A stretch of 64,000 bases of DNA from Amoebidium appalachense. Taxonomy: Eukaryota > Protista > Ichthyosporea. A program made the position numbers and the translations under genes. The stretch spans positions 2,881,572 to 2,945,571 of the forward strand of contig CAVNZM010000008.1 of the NCBI GenBank assembly GCA_963693365.1, written 5' to 3'. Within the stretch, counting starts at the first letter, position 1, and every line of letters begins with the position of its first letter. The notes beneath the pieces are model-generated. The model was given only the letters and a program-made list of their open reading frames with translations. It was not told where the DNA came from and made no database searches. Shown here piece after piece: positions 41,446-64,000 of this stretch.

Positions 41446-43221
41446 CTACACCAAACTATCTGCCTTAGTTACATCGGAGTCAAAGTTAGCAGAACTACCC
41501 CAAAGAACCTCTTTCACGTTAGCTACCACTCCCCTATCATACTTGCTTTGGTGGAAAAGAGTTTTTGCTGTAGTAAGGTATTCGTTTGTTGTCCAATTCC
41601 TCACAAGGAAAAAGGATTGCTGTACAAGCAAAACACTAACCCACAACAACCAACCGTTGTCGAGCAACCATATTGCGCTGGATACAGGCTGCTTAGAAAC
41701 ACACGAGACAACACCCAAGGAAGAATAATATCCACTAACTGACAAAGATGTGTCCAGTTGGGATTGTAAGCATGTGTGCCGCAAGAGAAAGAACGATAGA
41801 TAGCTATAAAGGAACGTAGAAAGGACTGTAAATAGCAAGAACCCCATGAAAAACATGTAATTGCCAGCACCTACACAGTTTTCCACATATGGGCAATGGT
41901 GATCAAACCTGTGCACACACCGGTCACAGAAAGCGCAGTGCTTTGAGCGAGCTGGTTTTGAGTGCAGACACGTGAAACAGTAGCGAGGATCCCATGCACC
42001 TGTTTTTTCGACCGAGTGGGAAACTTCTGCAAGTGCAACCTCGACGGCCAGCTTGGGAATGTACCCAGGGTTCCTTTTCCACGTTGTATACAGAAAGTAG
42101 GCCATCATTCCTACGCATGCGAAAAAGAAGTATACTGCCTGAAGCGTGTCTGACTCAAGCACGGACTTATCACTAAGAAAAAAGTGAGTGACGATCAGGA
42201 CAAACGAGGAAACGACCCAGGACATCACGTTCGGATTCCTCCTTATTCGCCCGTGCCCGACGATCAATTTTCCGAGTGTTTGGTTGGTGAAATTCAACCC
42301 AAGAAAGAACGTTATGCACACCCACCATGGGCAATAGTGCAGTGACAATATCATGATACCCAAGCTTGCACCTGGAAGGGCGAAGAGAAGTTTCTTCTGC
42401 TGAAAGGAACGCCCCAGCCGGCCAAGAAACCATTCCAACACGTGAGCGAATTTCGTTTGCAGGCGTGTGTACGTGTCGGTACGCCCGGGGATGGGAACGG
42501 GTGGTGTTAGGGCATATGCTTGGCTCAGAAAGTGAACACAGCCCCACTGGTTCTCTTCAACACCGTAATCGATGGGTGTTTTTCCTTTTGCATCTTTCAA
42601 TGTTGTGCTTGCATTCCACAACATGAGTTCTGACACAGCCGAAATGTTACCACTGTGCATAGCCCAGTGTAACGGAGCAGCACCTAAGCAATCCTGTTGG
42701 TTTATCTGTGCTCCGCAACTCATCAAAACTCTTATCGTGTCTTTGCACATAGCTGCGTTCTCGTTGACTTGGTAACACACCCACATGAGCGGCGTTCTCT
42801 GTTCAGGATCATTTCGGTTTACGTCCGCCCCCTTGGAGATGAGATACAGGCACGTGCTTGCATGTCCATATTGTGCAGCAAGATGAAGAGCACTGAACCC
42901 TTGTGAATCCTCTTTCGTCAATGATGCGCCGTTTGAAATCAAAACGACAGCAACTTGAAGATGTCCCTCCCTTACAGCCCAATGCAAGGGAGTCCCTCTC
43001 AAATCGCCACCAATGATGTCCACGTTCACATTTCTTTGAAGCAAGTAGCGCACTATCTCTACCCTATCGTTGAGGGCCGCCCAGTGCAAACAGGAAACGT
43101 TTTCGTCGTCTCTGCAACTCGGATCCAACCCTCTGTTTTCAACTAAATCTATTAGTGTTGCTAAGTCGCCATGTTGGGAAGCCTTCACTGCTGCTTCCTT
43201 AATTTCTTCATACGGCAACAT
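41446..43221 (-). CDS. ZDHHC17: Ankyrin-repeat DHHC palmitoyltransferase (ZDHHC17/HIP14/Akr1 family), intronless
   Basis: 591-aa single ORF with several ankyrin repeats ([38 protein letters not shown]), TM segments, [41 protein letters not shown], and NWTTNEY motif. Confidence 0.95.
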   Translation of the reverse strand: MLPYEEIKEAAVKASQHGDLATLIDLVENRGLDPSCRDDENVSCLHWAALNDRVEIVRYLLQRNVNVDIIGGDLRGTPLHWAVREGHLQVAVVLISNGASLTKEDSQGFSALHLAAQYGHASTCLYLISKGADVNRNDPEQRTPLMWVCYQVNENAAMCKDTIRVLMSCGAQINQQDCLGAAPLHWAMHSGNISAVSELMLWNASTTLKDAKGKTPIDYGVEENQWGCVHFLSQAYALTPPVPIPGRTDTYTRLQTKFAHVLEWFLGRLGRSFQQKKLLFALPGASLGIMILSLHYCPWWVCITFFLGLNFTNQTLGKLIVGHGRIRRNPNVMSWVVSSFVLIVTHFFLSDKSVLESDTLQAVYFFFACVGMMAYFLYTTWKRNPGYIPKLAVEVALAEVSHSVEKTGAWDPRYCFTCLHSKPARSKHCAFCDRCVHRFDHHCPYVENCVGAGNYMFFMGFLLFTVLSTFLYSYLSFFLLRHTCLQSQLDTSLSVSGYYSSLGVVSCVSKQPVSSAIWLLDNGWLLWVSVLLVQQSFFLVRNWTTNEYLTTAKTLFHQSKYDRGVVANVKEVLWGSSANFDSDVTKADSLV

Positions 43222-43780
43222 CTTCGGGTGTGCATCTATTATTCAGCATGATTCATGTAAGCGTGCTGAGGATAGAACATGATGGAAATAACCTTTCACT
43301 ATAAAATGGTGCCTACCGGTGCTGTTACGAGGTCGAGAATAATGACTCATTGATGAGCCTCGTAACGACCTTACAACTTACGGCCCACGGCCATCTAAAA
43401 TAGAGACTCTAGATGGCCGTGCTTACATTACGGCCGCAGTCTGCAGGAAAATGCTTTTGCGTAAATTTTACGCAATTTACCCGAGATCTCAGGCTCTCAG
43501 AACTCGATCCAGTCTTCTCGAGGTTTGTTTGATTAGACCGAGGGAGGTCGGGTAGAAAAAGTGTGTACACTCTCACTGTTGTGTTTGTGGTTGTTCTGTG
43601 TACACGTGTATGTGTGTGTTTGCATGTGCTTGTTCTTTGCATTAGTGTACGTGTGCATATATGCACGTGTACTGGCAGTACGCATATGCCTTGTGTGGGT
43701 TGAGAAAGTTCCCGCCAAGACATTAAAAACGCTGCATATATCCACATGCATTTCATGGTGTGTGCTTGTGTGTGCCCCTC

Positions 43781-43818
<38 letters not shown>

Positions 43819-43856
43819 CACGTACGTATACGTGCGTGTTTCACGACGTGTGTAAT

Positions 43857-43947
43857 CCTGCAGCTGTACATGTGCCACGAGCTTTTGTATGCATACTTTT
43901 ACTACAGGAAGACTCCCCCCCCCTCCCCCCCCCTTTCCCCTTCCCTC

Positions 43948-43992
<45 letters not shown>

Positions 43993-44140
43993 CCCGTTGG
44001 GCCACCACCACCCACCCACCCACACACAAATCTGCAGCTGTGCCACGAGCTTTTGTACTATTCCTGTACATGTAGAAAGACCCCCCCCCCCCCTCCCCCC
44101 CACGCATTGGGCCACCACCACCCACCCACACCCACACAAA
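43857..44140. repeat. Imperfect tandem duplication containing C-runs
   Basis: CTGCAGCTG..TGTGCCACGAGCTTTTGTA...AAGAC-(C)n-TTGGGCCACCACCACCCACCCAC occurs twice. Confidence 0.8.
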
Positions 44141-44761
44141 TCCTCTTCCCCTAGTCCCGTGGCTTACCCCTCCCGTGGTTTGCAGAAATTCAAACAAACT
44201 TAATCGAGTGTGTACAATCCATGTCTTCACATACTTAGGTAAATGATTGCATGCCATGTGAACGGTCGGGGGCATGCGCAGTGGCCATTGATATACGCGG
44301 ACCACATATATTTAGCATGTGTATGCAGAGTGACTGTCGTAACAAAAGCTGTCATAACTTACCGTGTTAACTACGTAGCTTCACATGGTACTTCCAAAAA
44401 AGGTGAAATGTGTTGAAATTAGCAATTGCTGCACATGTGGCCTTGAGAGCCTGTCAGATTATGAGATTAAAACTAAATTCAATTTTCGTAAACTAAAGCT
44501 TTTTTGCCCCTACGAGTAAAAGGGGAATGATCCCTAGTTATACAGTAGCTGCAAATATCAAGGACACACGATAAGCAATGCCTTAGGCTACAACAACGTT
44601 TCATAATATCATATTGCTACTAATAAGACTTTGGGCTCATATTAGTTTTACTCCAGGCTGCATCCGGCCCCCGGGGACTGCGGATCCATTACTTCCACAA
44701 CTCAAATCTTCATCAAATACAGCGAGAATTGCATGGTTCCAGCTACCTTAACTATACGACC

Positions 44762-45163
44762 TTAAAACTTAAGCTTGAGCTTGCCCTGAACAGACGGTTT
44801 CCTTGCCAACTCCGGTTTCCCTTCCAGCACAGCTCGCACATTGTCCAACACATCTTTAGGCTCCAGGCGGTTGGCCGCACCTCCAACATTTCCCTGTGTG
44901 ATAAAAACGAGGATTCAGTCAACAGATTTTACGAGTTGTCCTTGAATCCCCCATCCCCCGGCGTGCGTGCACACGCGCACACATACACACCCGCCCACCC
45001 GCCAACCCACACCCCATACACACGTGAACATGAACACACATTCAATGATATCCTTCCAACCTTTTTCCCTTTAATCCGCACGTGGCCTCCTTAGATCTTG
45101 TAATGCTGTTTGTCCCATTGTGCATGTCGTTGCAACACATCACAGTAATACCGAGCCTGTTCG

Positions 45164-45197
<34 letters not shown>

Positions 45198-45330
45198 GGG
45201 GGAGCAAAGAGAGAGGGATGGGGTGTTGGAGAAAGGGGGGGAGGGGGGGGGGGGGAGGTTGGGGGGGGCGAGACAGAGAGAGACATGGGCAGAAGAAAGT
45301 GAAAGGGGAGATGGGGGGGGGGGGGGGGGG

Positions 45331-45361
<31 letters not shown>

Positions 45362-46415
45362 GGCGAGAGAAGAGAGAGAGAGAGAAAGTGTGTGTGTGTC
45401 TACGCACGTAAGGGGGAAGGTGGGACGTGGGGGGGTTGAAGGTGGGGGGAGGGGGGAGAGTGGGGTCCAAAGATGCACCGAGTACCAATTTTAGCTATTG
45501 AGGAATAATTCAACACAGATTTTGCAAAAATGAGCACACCATAAGAGAATGCATCGTTATTTAGGAGGAAGCTGCTGGCGGGGGGTGGGTGGGTGGTTGG
45601 ACGGGGGTCGGGGGGGGGGGGGGGGGGGGGGGGGGGGGAGCGGAGAAGAGGGAGAGAAAGGGGGTGGGGAGGGGGGATGGGAGGGGGGAGGAGACGATTA
45701 CCAGTGATGGGACAATGGCCCAAGAGAAAATAGCCTTCCCCTCGGCATCCACCACAAGCACACCTGTGTGTTTATCTCTTTGGTCAGTACTATGATATCA
45801 CCTCATCATGCAGCAATGGCTATGATTAAAGGAAACGTGTCAGGGTTATTGGGAAAGGGTATTGGTGTCTTGAAAGAGAAGGGAAAGAGATGGGAATGAA
45901 AGGATACGGGTGAGGGGTGAGGATTTGATGGCGCTATGTATGTACGAGTCCACAAAAGTAGATCACAGATAGGGAGGAGGGGGGAGAGGGTGGCGGGCGG
46001 GGTGGGGGGGGGGGGGGAGAGAGAGAGAGGGGGGGGGGGGGGAGGGGGGGGGGAAGAGAGAGGGGGGAGGGGGGGAATGGGGCATTGGAACCAAAAGACC
46101 CAATACTACCACGTATTTCACGCGAAAGGCACGGTAGAGAATGCAGGATTGAGATCTGCCATAGTATACAAGGAGTATGGGAGCACCATGTGTGTGTGTT
46201 TGTGTGTGTGTGTTTGGGGGGGGGGGGGGGGGGGCACGGTGTGGAGTGTGTGTGTTGTGCGTGGGGCATGGGACGGAAGGGAAGGGAAACTTTACGCCCC
46301 AAATCCGCGATGCCCACCCCTCCGCCATTCTTCCCTCATGTTAAATAGCCCTCATCATTTCCCTTGTTGCAGGCAAGCCCATCGTATAATGCAAAATGCA
46401 CATGTGTGTGTGTAT

Positions 46416-46446
<31 letters not shown>

Positions 46447-47034
46447 GGGGGGGGAGGCAGGGAGAAGGGTAATGAGAAGGGTAATGAGAAGGGGGGGGGG
46501 GGGGGGGGGGGATTATGCGCGAATCTGTGTTTCAGGGTAATAATGAAAGGAGTTTTGTCCGTACATACCTGGTTGTGTCATGCCGTGGGGATAAGACTTT
46601 ATCCGTGGGTGCATCTTTGCATATAGACCGTTATTTCCATTTCCGCCCTCGATTGCAATGTCGATCAGATCGCAATCGCGCAACCACGTGGTTAATCGGA
46701 CATCACGATCCCCGATGATCTGCATTCATGGTATCAGGTCTCGATGGTTGAACTTTTAGCATTATGGATTGCCTATAACTAATATTAGTTGGGACACACC
46801 ATCAAAAGGAGAAGAGAAAGATGTATGCTGAAAATCTTGCCCATGTGAAAGAAATCAGTTCGAGACAGGCAATCCATAACGTCAACAGTGATCGAGGCAT
46901 CAAAGATTACAGACAGAAGGGACGAAGGGAATGCGCAGGGGAAGGGCGCCGGGGCACGGGGACCGGGGTGGGGTAGGTGGTGGTGGAGGGTGAGGGTGGG
47001 GGGGGGGGGGGGGGGAGGGGGAGGGAGGGGGGGG

Positions 47035-47065
<31 letters not shown>

Positions 47066-48312
47066 CTCCTCTTCCAAAAAGGAAAAAAAAAAAATAAAGA
47101 ACCGAAGTGTGAGAGGGCTGGTTGAAGCGGTAGTGGTGGGTTTGGGTCGGGGAAGGGGAGGGGGGGAGGGGGGGGGGGGGGGGGGGGGCCGAAAAGCACA
47201 CAGAAGGGGAGAGATGTGGCGGTGATATTAGAAAGGTTACCAGGGAACGGGTGGATAGGAGAAGAGAAATCGATATATTATAAGACCTCAAACGTACCAA
47301 TTGTCGTGAACAGGGTGGAAGGAAGGGAAAAGTAACGGATGACAGGTGCAGGCACACACACACCTCAAACACCTGGGTAGGGGAGGTAGAAACAAAAAGA
47401 GGAGAAAGAGATGGTTCTGTGTGCTTGTGTGTGTGTGTGTGTGTGTGTGCATGCACATGCACATGTGCATGTTTTTGTGTGCGCACATTGTATGTGCGTG
47501 TGCTTGTTGCTTGTGTGTGCGCGTGCTTGTGTTATATCCCATATTAAGGCAAATGTCGATGGTGGTGGTGCGGGGTGGGTGGGGGCGATGGGGTGTGCGG
47601 GGGCAACGGGGTGGGGGGGGGAAGGGAAAGGGTGGGGGGATGGGGGATATTGGATTTTGGAACAGAGAAACAAACACAAAACAATACCTCGTAGTTCAGA
47701 TTCATCTCCTTGACCGTGTCATTACAATCCTCCTGAGTCTCCGAACACACCCCATACACCTTCCCTTGCATCCCATTGATCTGGGGTAGAAGCTGTTCCC
47801 AGTCTAGAAGGTATGACTTGTGTGTACATATGTGTACGTGTGTGTGGGTGGGTGGGTGGGCCGGGGGGAGGGGAGGGGAGGGGGGGAGGGGGGGGGGGGG
47901 GGAGGGAAAGAGGAGGGAGGGGAGGGGGGGGGGAGAGGTGTGTGTGTGTGTGTGTGCGGGAGGGGTGGATGGAGGAGATGTCTGTATGTGTGTTTTTGTG
48001 TGTGAGTGCGCGCGCGCACGCGGGCGCGCGCACGTGTGTGTGTGTGTGTGTGTTTGTGTGTGAATGTGGTAGTGGTGGTGGTAATGGTGGTGGTTGGGGG
48101 GAGGGGGGGGGGGGGGGAGGTGAAGCCAAGGGGAGAGGAGGAGTGTGTCCGTGGGCATGTGTGAGAAGATTTGTTTTTTTGGGGGGGAGGGGGAGGGGGG
48201 GGGGGGAGGGAGGGAGGGAGAGAGAGAGAGAGAGAATTGCGGGTCATTGGGGGCCAGTTGTGGAGAACGGAGAGGAAGAGAGTGTCCGTGTCCGTGTGTG
48301 TGTGTATGTGTG

Positions 48313-48382
<70 letters not shown>

Positions 48383-49005
48383 CGCGTATGTGTGTGTGTG
48401 TGCGTGTGTGTCCGTGTGTGTGAGCATGGCGCAGGTGTGCTGTGCAGTGAATCTTGCGGCCATAAAAGAGTTAAGGCAAAAAGCCGATTGTTGAGAGGTA
48501 GGGTTGCAGGAGGTGGGGCCAGAGCGCCATTCTACTGTTATAATCGGGTGGGTTTTAGTGGTGTGTGTGTGTGTATGTGGTGGGGTTGTGTTGAGAAGGA
48601 AGAGGGGGGTTGCTGGGGGAAGGGAGGATGAGAGCTGATGACAGAAAAAGGGGGAGGGGGGAGGGGGGGAGAGAAAAGGGCGACGAGGGGGGGGGGGGGG
48701 GGGGGGGGGGGGAGAAAGAGAGCGGGTAAAGCGAGAAAGAGGGAGAGAACCCGCGCGCACCCTTACGTGTGTGTGTGTGCGCGCGCACAGAAAGAGAATA
48801 CCCATTGGGAAGGCAGCAGGGAGAGGATGGCCGGACGAAGTGGGGAGGTGTTGGCATGGAAGAATAGTGAGGGGGTAATAGGTATGTTTTTTTAATTAAT
48901 GGGGAGTCTGGGCCGGGGGGAGGGCAACAATCGAACGAAACAAACATGATATATGATATTGGATGAAGAGGGCCTGCCCCCTCCCCCCCGTCCCATCCCC
49001 CCCCC

Positions 49006-49037
<32 letters not shown>

Positions 49038-49386
49038 AAAAAAAAAAAAAAGAACCAATCCCTCCACCCCCCCACCCCAGACATTTCCGTCCCTCAAAAA
49101 AACGGATTAAGCCCGCTCAACCCCCCCACCTCCCCAACCCCCCTCCCGGGATCCCTAAGCCCTACCCCTGAAGTCTATCCCCCCCCCCCCCCCCCCCTTA
49201 TTTTTTGCCTCCTCAGTGTCCCATCCCGACCTTCCCATTCCTTGTGCCTCCCCTCAAATCCCCCCCCCTCTTCCCCCCCCCCTTCACACACACACACACA
49301 CACACCATTACCACTACTAACCACCCAAGCGTCCACACCCCCACATACACACACCCTCGAATTTTTCGTTCACACCTGCGCGCACA

Positions 49387-49420
<34 letters not shown>

Positions 49421-50457
49421 GCAAACACGCACACACACAAGCACACACACACACACACACACAAGCAGACACACACACACACCACACACACGCACACGCA
49501 CACACACATATCCTCCTTTTTGAGCGACCATCCTGACCATATACTGATCACCTCGCCCGCACAACATACTATGCGGTCGCCGTTTCGTGTTGTCTCCCGG
49601 CCCACACATACTTCATCCTGGTTTGCCGACGCGCGTGTGCGTGCCTCCCAGCTGTTTGCTTGGGTTTGGTGGTTGAGACCGGAGAGGGGGCGGGGGGTGG
49701 GGGGGGGGGGAGAGGGGGGAGAAGGGCATGCATCAAGTGTCCTCACTCACACAGGGCATGCCATCTTGGTTGAGTATGCATGTCCTGTGTGAACAGTCCT
49801 ACCTTGCAGTATGGGCACCATTTTCCACGGTAGTAAACGAGAATCGTGAACTTGTTCTTCTTGTACTCTGTGTGTGTGCGCATGTTAGTGATAAGATCAG
49901 CACAGAAAGTGGCTTCTAGCACCCAAAGACGGCAGAGTTGGAGAAACCTTTGGTAAAAGCGAAACCTTGCGTCGGAATCCCTTCACTATACAGTCTCCAT
50001 AAAATACTGCACCAAAAAGAATTGCGGGATTATCGGTAAAAGTCTTCTGTCAGGACAGGGAAGAGAGGGCTAAAAGGTTGGTTGGAATAAGGATACTATG
50101 GGGCAAAGAGTTAAAGGCATAGGGTCAGGAACGGGCCCGGGGGGGGGGGGGGGGGGGGGGGAGGGGGGAGGGGGGGGGGGGAGGAGGGGGGGGGGAGGGG
50201 GGGGGGGGGGGGAGGGGTAAAGGGCTCAAACACTCTGACGCATTCAAATAATAGTGTTCGGGTTTTTATAGTGCTCAGCAGAAAATATACGAAGAACTTT
50301 GGGGGACAGCCGAGCCCCGGGAAGACAGCATGGGGAGGTGGGAGAAGTCTGGATCCACATTCATCTTGAACGAAAAAACAAGTTTCTCAGGAAGAGCTTA
50401 CATGCCTTCTTGAAACCACACGTCCAAAGTCTGATCTTGAGGCTTTCCGGCCAACAT
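44762..50457 (-). CDS. AhpC/TSA (peroxiredoxin-like) redoxin with WCPYC motif, about 196 aa
   Basis: Exons 50457-50406 (GC donor), 49867-49803, 47816-47688, 46719-46569, 45763-45702, 44893-44762. FTILVYYRGKWCPYCKSYL...VYGVCSE...IIGD...MTQPGVLVVD...FSWAIVPSLGNVGGAANRLEPKDVL. The first exon is the least certain. Confidence 0.85.
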
Positions 50458-50585
50458 TTTCCTGACGCAAACATAAGCAGAGCAGATAAAGCACACAGGT
50501 CACCAAGAAAAAGTTGGGAGCGAGGAAAACTTTGAGCTTGAGTCCTGCCATGGCCAGCCGGCGAGCCCCACGTTCCCCCTAACTT

Positions 50586-50626
<41 letters not shown>

Positions 50627-51396
50627 ACCGGAATGGCTTGCATACCAGGCAATGCATAAAAAATGTAGTAAAGTTCATTCATTTCGCTGGATTGGTAAAT
50701 TACTTGTGAGTATTCAATTTGTTTCCTATATTTAATTATAATCTTTGCACTTTAAAGTCCCAAAAATGTATATCAAAAGAAAAAAATATTGGCACTGCAG
50801 AATTGTGACTACACGACTTGCTTCAAGTATAGGGGGATTTATTGAGAAGCTAGATCCACGAATGAATGAAGCGGACAAGACAGATCATTTATTTGTTGGT
50901 ATGCAAATTTCGATGACGGTCTTGATGGGAGCAGGGGTGGCAGGGGTAGTGATGGTGGCCGAGGCCATTTTTGTTAGCAGTAACTGTCATGTTTTTGTTT
51001 TTTTTTTTTGTTTTTTTTTGTTTTCTTTTTTCCCTGTTAAGGGCGGGCGAGGGAAGGGGGGGGGGGGAGGCGAATGGGACGGGGGGAGGAAAGGAAAGCA
51101 AACATTTTGGTGATTCTGAATATCACACAGTTGGAACAATCATGGTGGCTAAATTTGTTTTGCTCCTGGTTCGAATTCAGCGAGGACTTTGTGAATCGGA
51201 GAGCCCAAATCGAAAAAGATCACTTATCGGGTCCCTGCATAAAGCAGGTAGTATTAGAAATGTGTGTTGCGTGGTTCTTCGAATTCTGGAGGCGATGCAT
51301 ATGGTCTTGTAATTTTTATAGTTGGAAGTGGATGTAGTTGTGGGAATAGTTGTTGTTGTTGCAACTATTATTAATTTTGTTTTTTTGTTTGTGGGG

Positions 51397-51434
<38 letters not shown>

Positions 51435-51479
51435 GGGGGAGGGAGGGGGGAGCATGTGTTGGAAGATTTTTTTTTCCCT

Positions 51480-51510
<31 letters not shown>

Positions 51511-51910
51511 CCCGGAGGAGGGGGGAGGGGGAGTGAGGGGGGAGGGGGTGTGGGAGGGAGGGGGGGGGGGGGGGGGGGGGGGACAGGTGTTCGAAGATTT
51601 TGCAGAGCAACAAATTTATTATTTATATGTTGAATAATTTAACGCAGTTATACATATATTCGTCTTAATGTGGCCTACAGATAGATGCTGCCAAAAAGCG
51701 TTAAGAAGCATTTACATTATTATTATGATTATACTCATTCAATCAATGTCAAAGCCGATATCATAAGTACACTAAATATACGTCATACCACCTGGACTAG
51801 AAAAGGTCTCCATTTTCCTGACTGGAGCTTTCGAAGTCCACACAAACAGTGGGCCTGATTATAGCAACCCTCAAAAAAGTGCAGAGTCTGAAAAGCCCAC
51901 ATGAAAGCAC

Positions 51911-51960
<50 letters not shown>

Positions 51961-52492
51961 AACCTCCCTGTTTCTCCCCTCCAAAACAATTTTCGCCACC
52001 AAGCTGTCTATCATTCCCGCCAACACAAGTGTCATATACTGCAGTTACAGATTCCATCTTCCATGCAGCCAGTATGCTGTCAGCGTTTGTCAGTCTGTTC
52101 CCTAGACACATATATACGGGCCAAATGGAAACTACACACTTCGGGTGTGAGAAAAGCTGCATCAAGAAACTAATCCCCCCCCCCCCCCCCCCCCCTCTTT
52201 CCCCCACATTTTGGGTCATTTAGTTCGCCATTGACACCACCTCTCTCACTCAGAATCCCCATCCTCCTTTAATCCCACATCTCTCGCCCAGTGATATCAA
52301 TCAATCTCAACTTTAAAAGGCTGTGGGGTCGGTACCTACACAGAGATGCGGTCTATGACAAGCCATTATATAAACCTATTTATAGATATATATTATTTTT
52401 ATTTTACTCTTTTAACAACAACAAAACGCCTTTTAAAGGCCAAACGTCCTGACAGCTATTGCTACGGCACCAGGCAGCACTCAAAATATTTC

Positions 52493-63213
<10,721 letters not shown>

Positions 63214-63583
63214 CTGGGGCGTGCATGTGTCGGGTGAGTGGGCAGGAAGGGAGTAAGGAGGGGGGAAAAGGGTGTTTGAGGGGGGGGAGGGGGGCGGGGG
63301 GAGGGGATGCAACGGGAAACGCGCGGGGGGGAGGGGGAGGGGGAGGGGAGGGGGGGGAGGGGGTGTAGACGGGTTAGAGGGATCATGGTAGAATGAACGA
63401 GTGAGTGAATGGGCGTATGCATACGAGAAACCTGGCAAGTAAGGGGTGGGCACGAGGATGGGTTGTGTGTGTGTGTGTGTGTGTGCCTGCGTGTGTGTAT
63501 GCGCATGCGTGCGTGTCTATGGGTGTGTGTGGGGGGGGAGGTATGGGTGTGTGAGTGAGTGTGTGTGGGGAGGGGGGGGGGGG

Positions 63584-63715
63584 CATTTGAATGCGTCAAA
63601 AAGTACGAAGTACACAAGAACAAACGGATAACACGATGCAGAATGCAAGCCATACATAAAGAGTATGCATAATAACCAGAGCCCATCCTCAGGGGGGCCC
63701 CACGTCATCCACAGT
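63584..63715 (-). mobile_element. G/C-run-anchored element, subfamily A truncated copy (~130 bp)
   Basis: Same fixed end as the 60136 copy; truncated after CATCCACAGT and followed by G-rich sequence. Confidence 0.85.
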
Positions 63716-63810
63716 GGGGGACAGGGGGCCGGGGGGGGGGGGGGGGGGGGGTGGTTGAGTAAGTGACTGAGTGGTTGAGTGAATGAGTGAGTGAGTGGGT
63801 GAGCGCGCGC

Positions 63811-63883
<73 letters not shown>

Positions 63884-64000
63884 CGCGCGCACGTGCGCGT
63901 GTGCATTTGCGTGTGTGCGCACGCATTTGTGTGTGTGAGTGTTTGTGTGTATGTGTGAGTGTGTGTGTGTGCATGTGTATTTATGTGTTTTGAATGGGTT

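Noticed and set aside
50236-50250. TGACGCATTCAAA match to the element end
   Set aside because: Only 13 bp, not followed by a C-run and with no further homology; may be chance.

Overview
Eukaryotic, intron-rich window full of G/C homopolymers and (CA)/(GT)/(GA) microsatellites, so most of the ORF track is repeat artefact. Manual splicing with phase-consistent GT-AG junctions recovers RPP30 (-, 9 exons), an AP-4/TFAP4-type bHLH-ZIP factor (+), a CE2-type SGNH esterase (+) with a possible alternative acidic terminal exon, a divergent TFIIB paralogue (-), an intronless ankyrin-DHHC palmitoyltransferase (-), an AhpC/TSA-like redoxin (-) and the 3' part of an Lst2/ZFYVE28-like gene (-). The gene mix suggests a non-animal holozoan (inference). 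The most unusual signal is a family of >10 dispersed elements that share one fixed end abutting a poly(C)/poly(G) run, are variably truncated at the other end, usually sit between two G-runs and lie sense to their host gene: a candidate poly(C)-targeting or poly(C)-tailed retroelement. Many splice acceptors use (CA)nG or C-runs instead of U-rich tracts. Family assignments rest on recalled motifs, not database searches.
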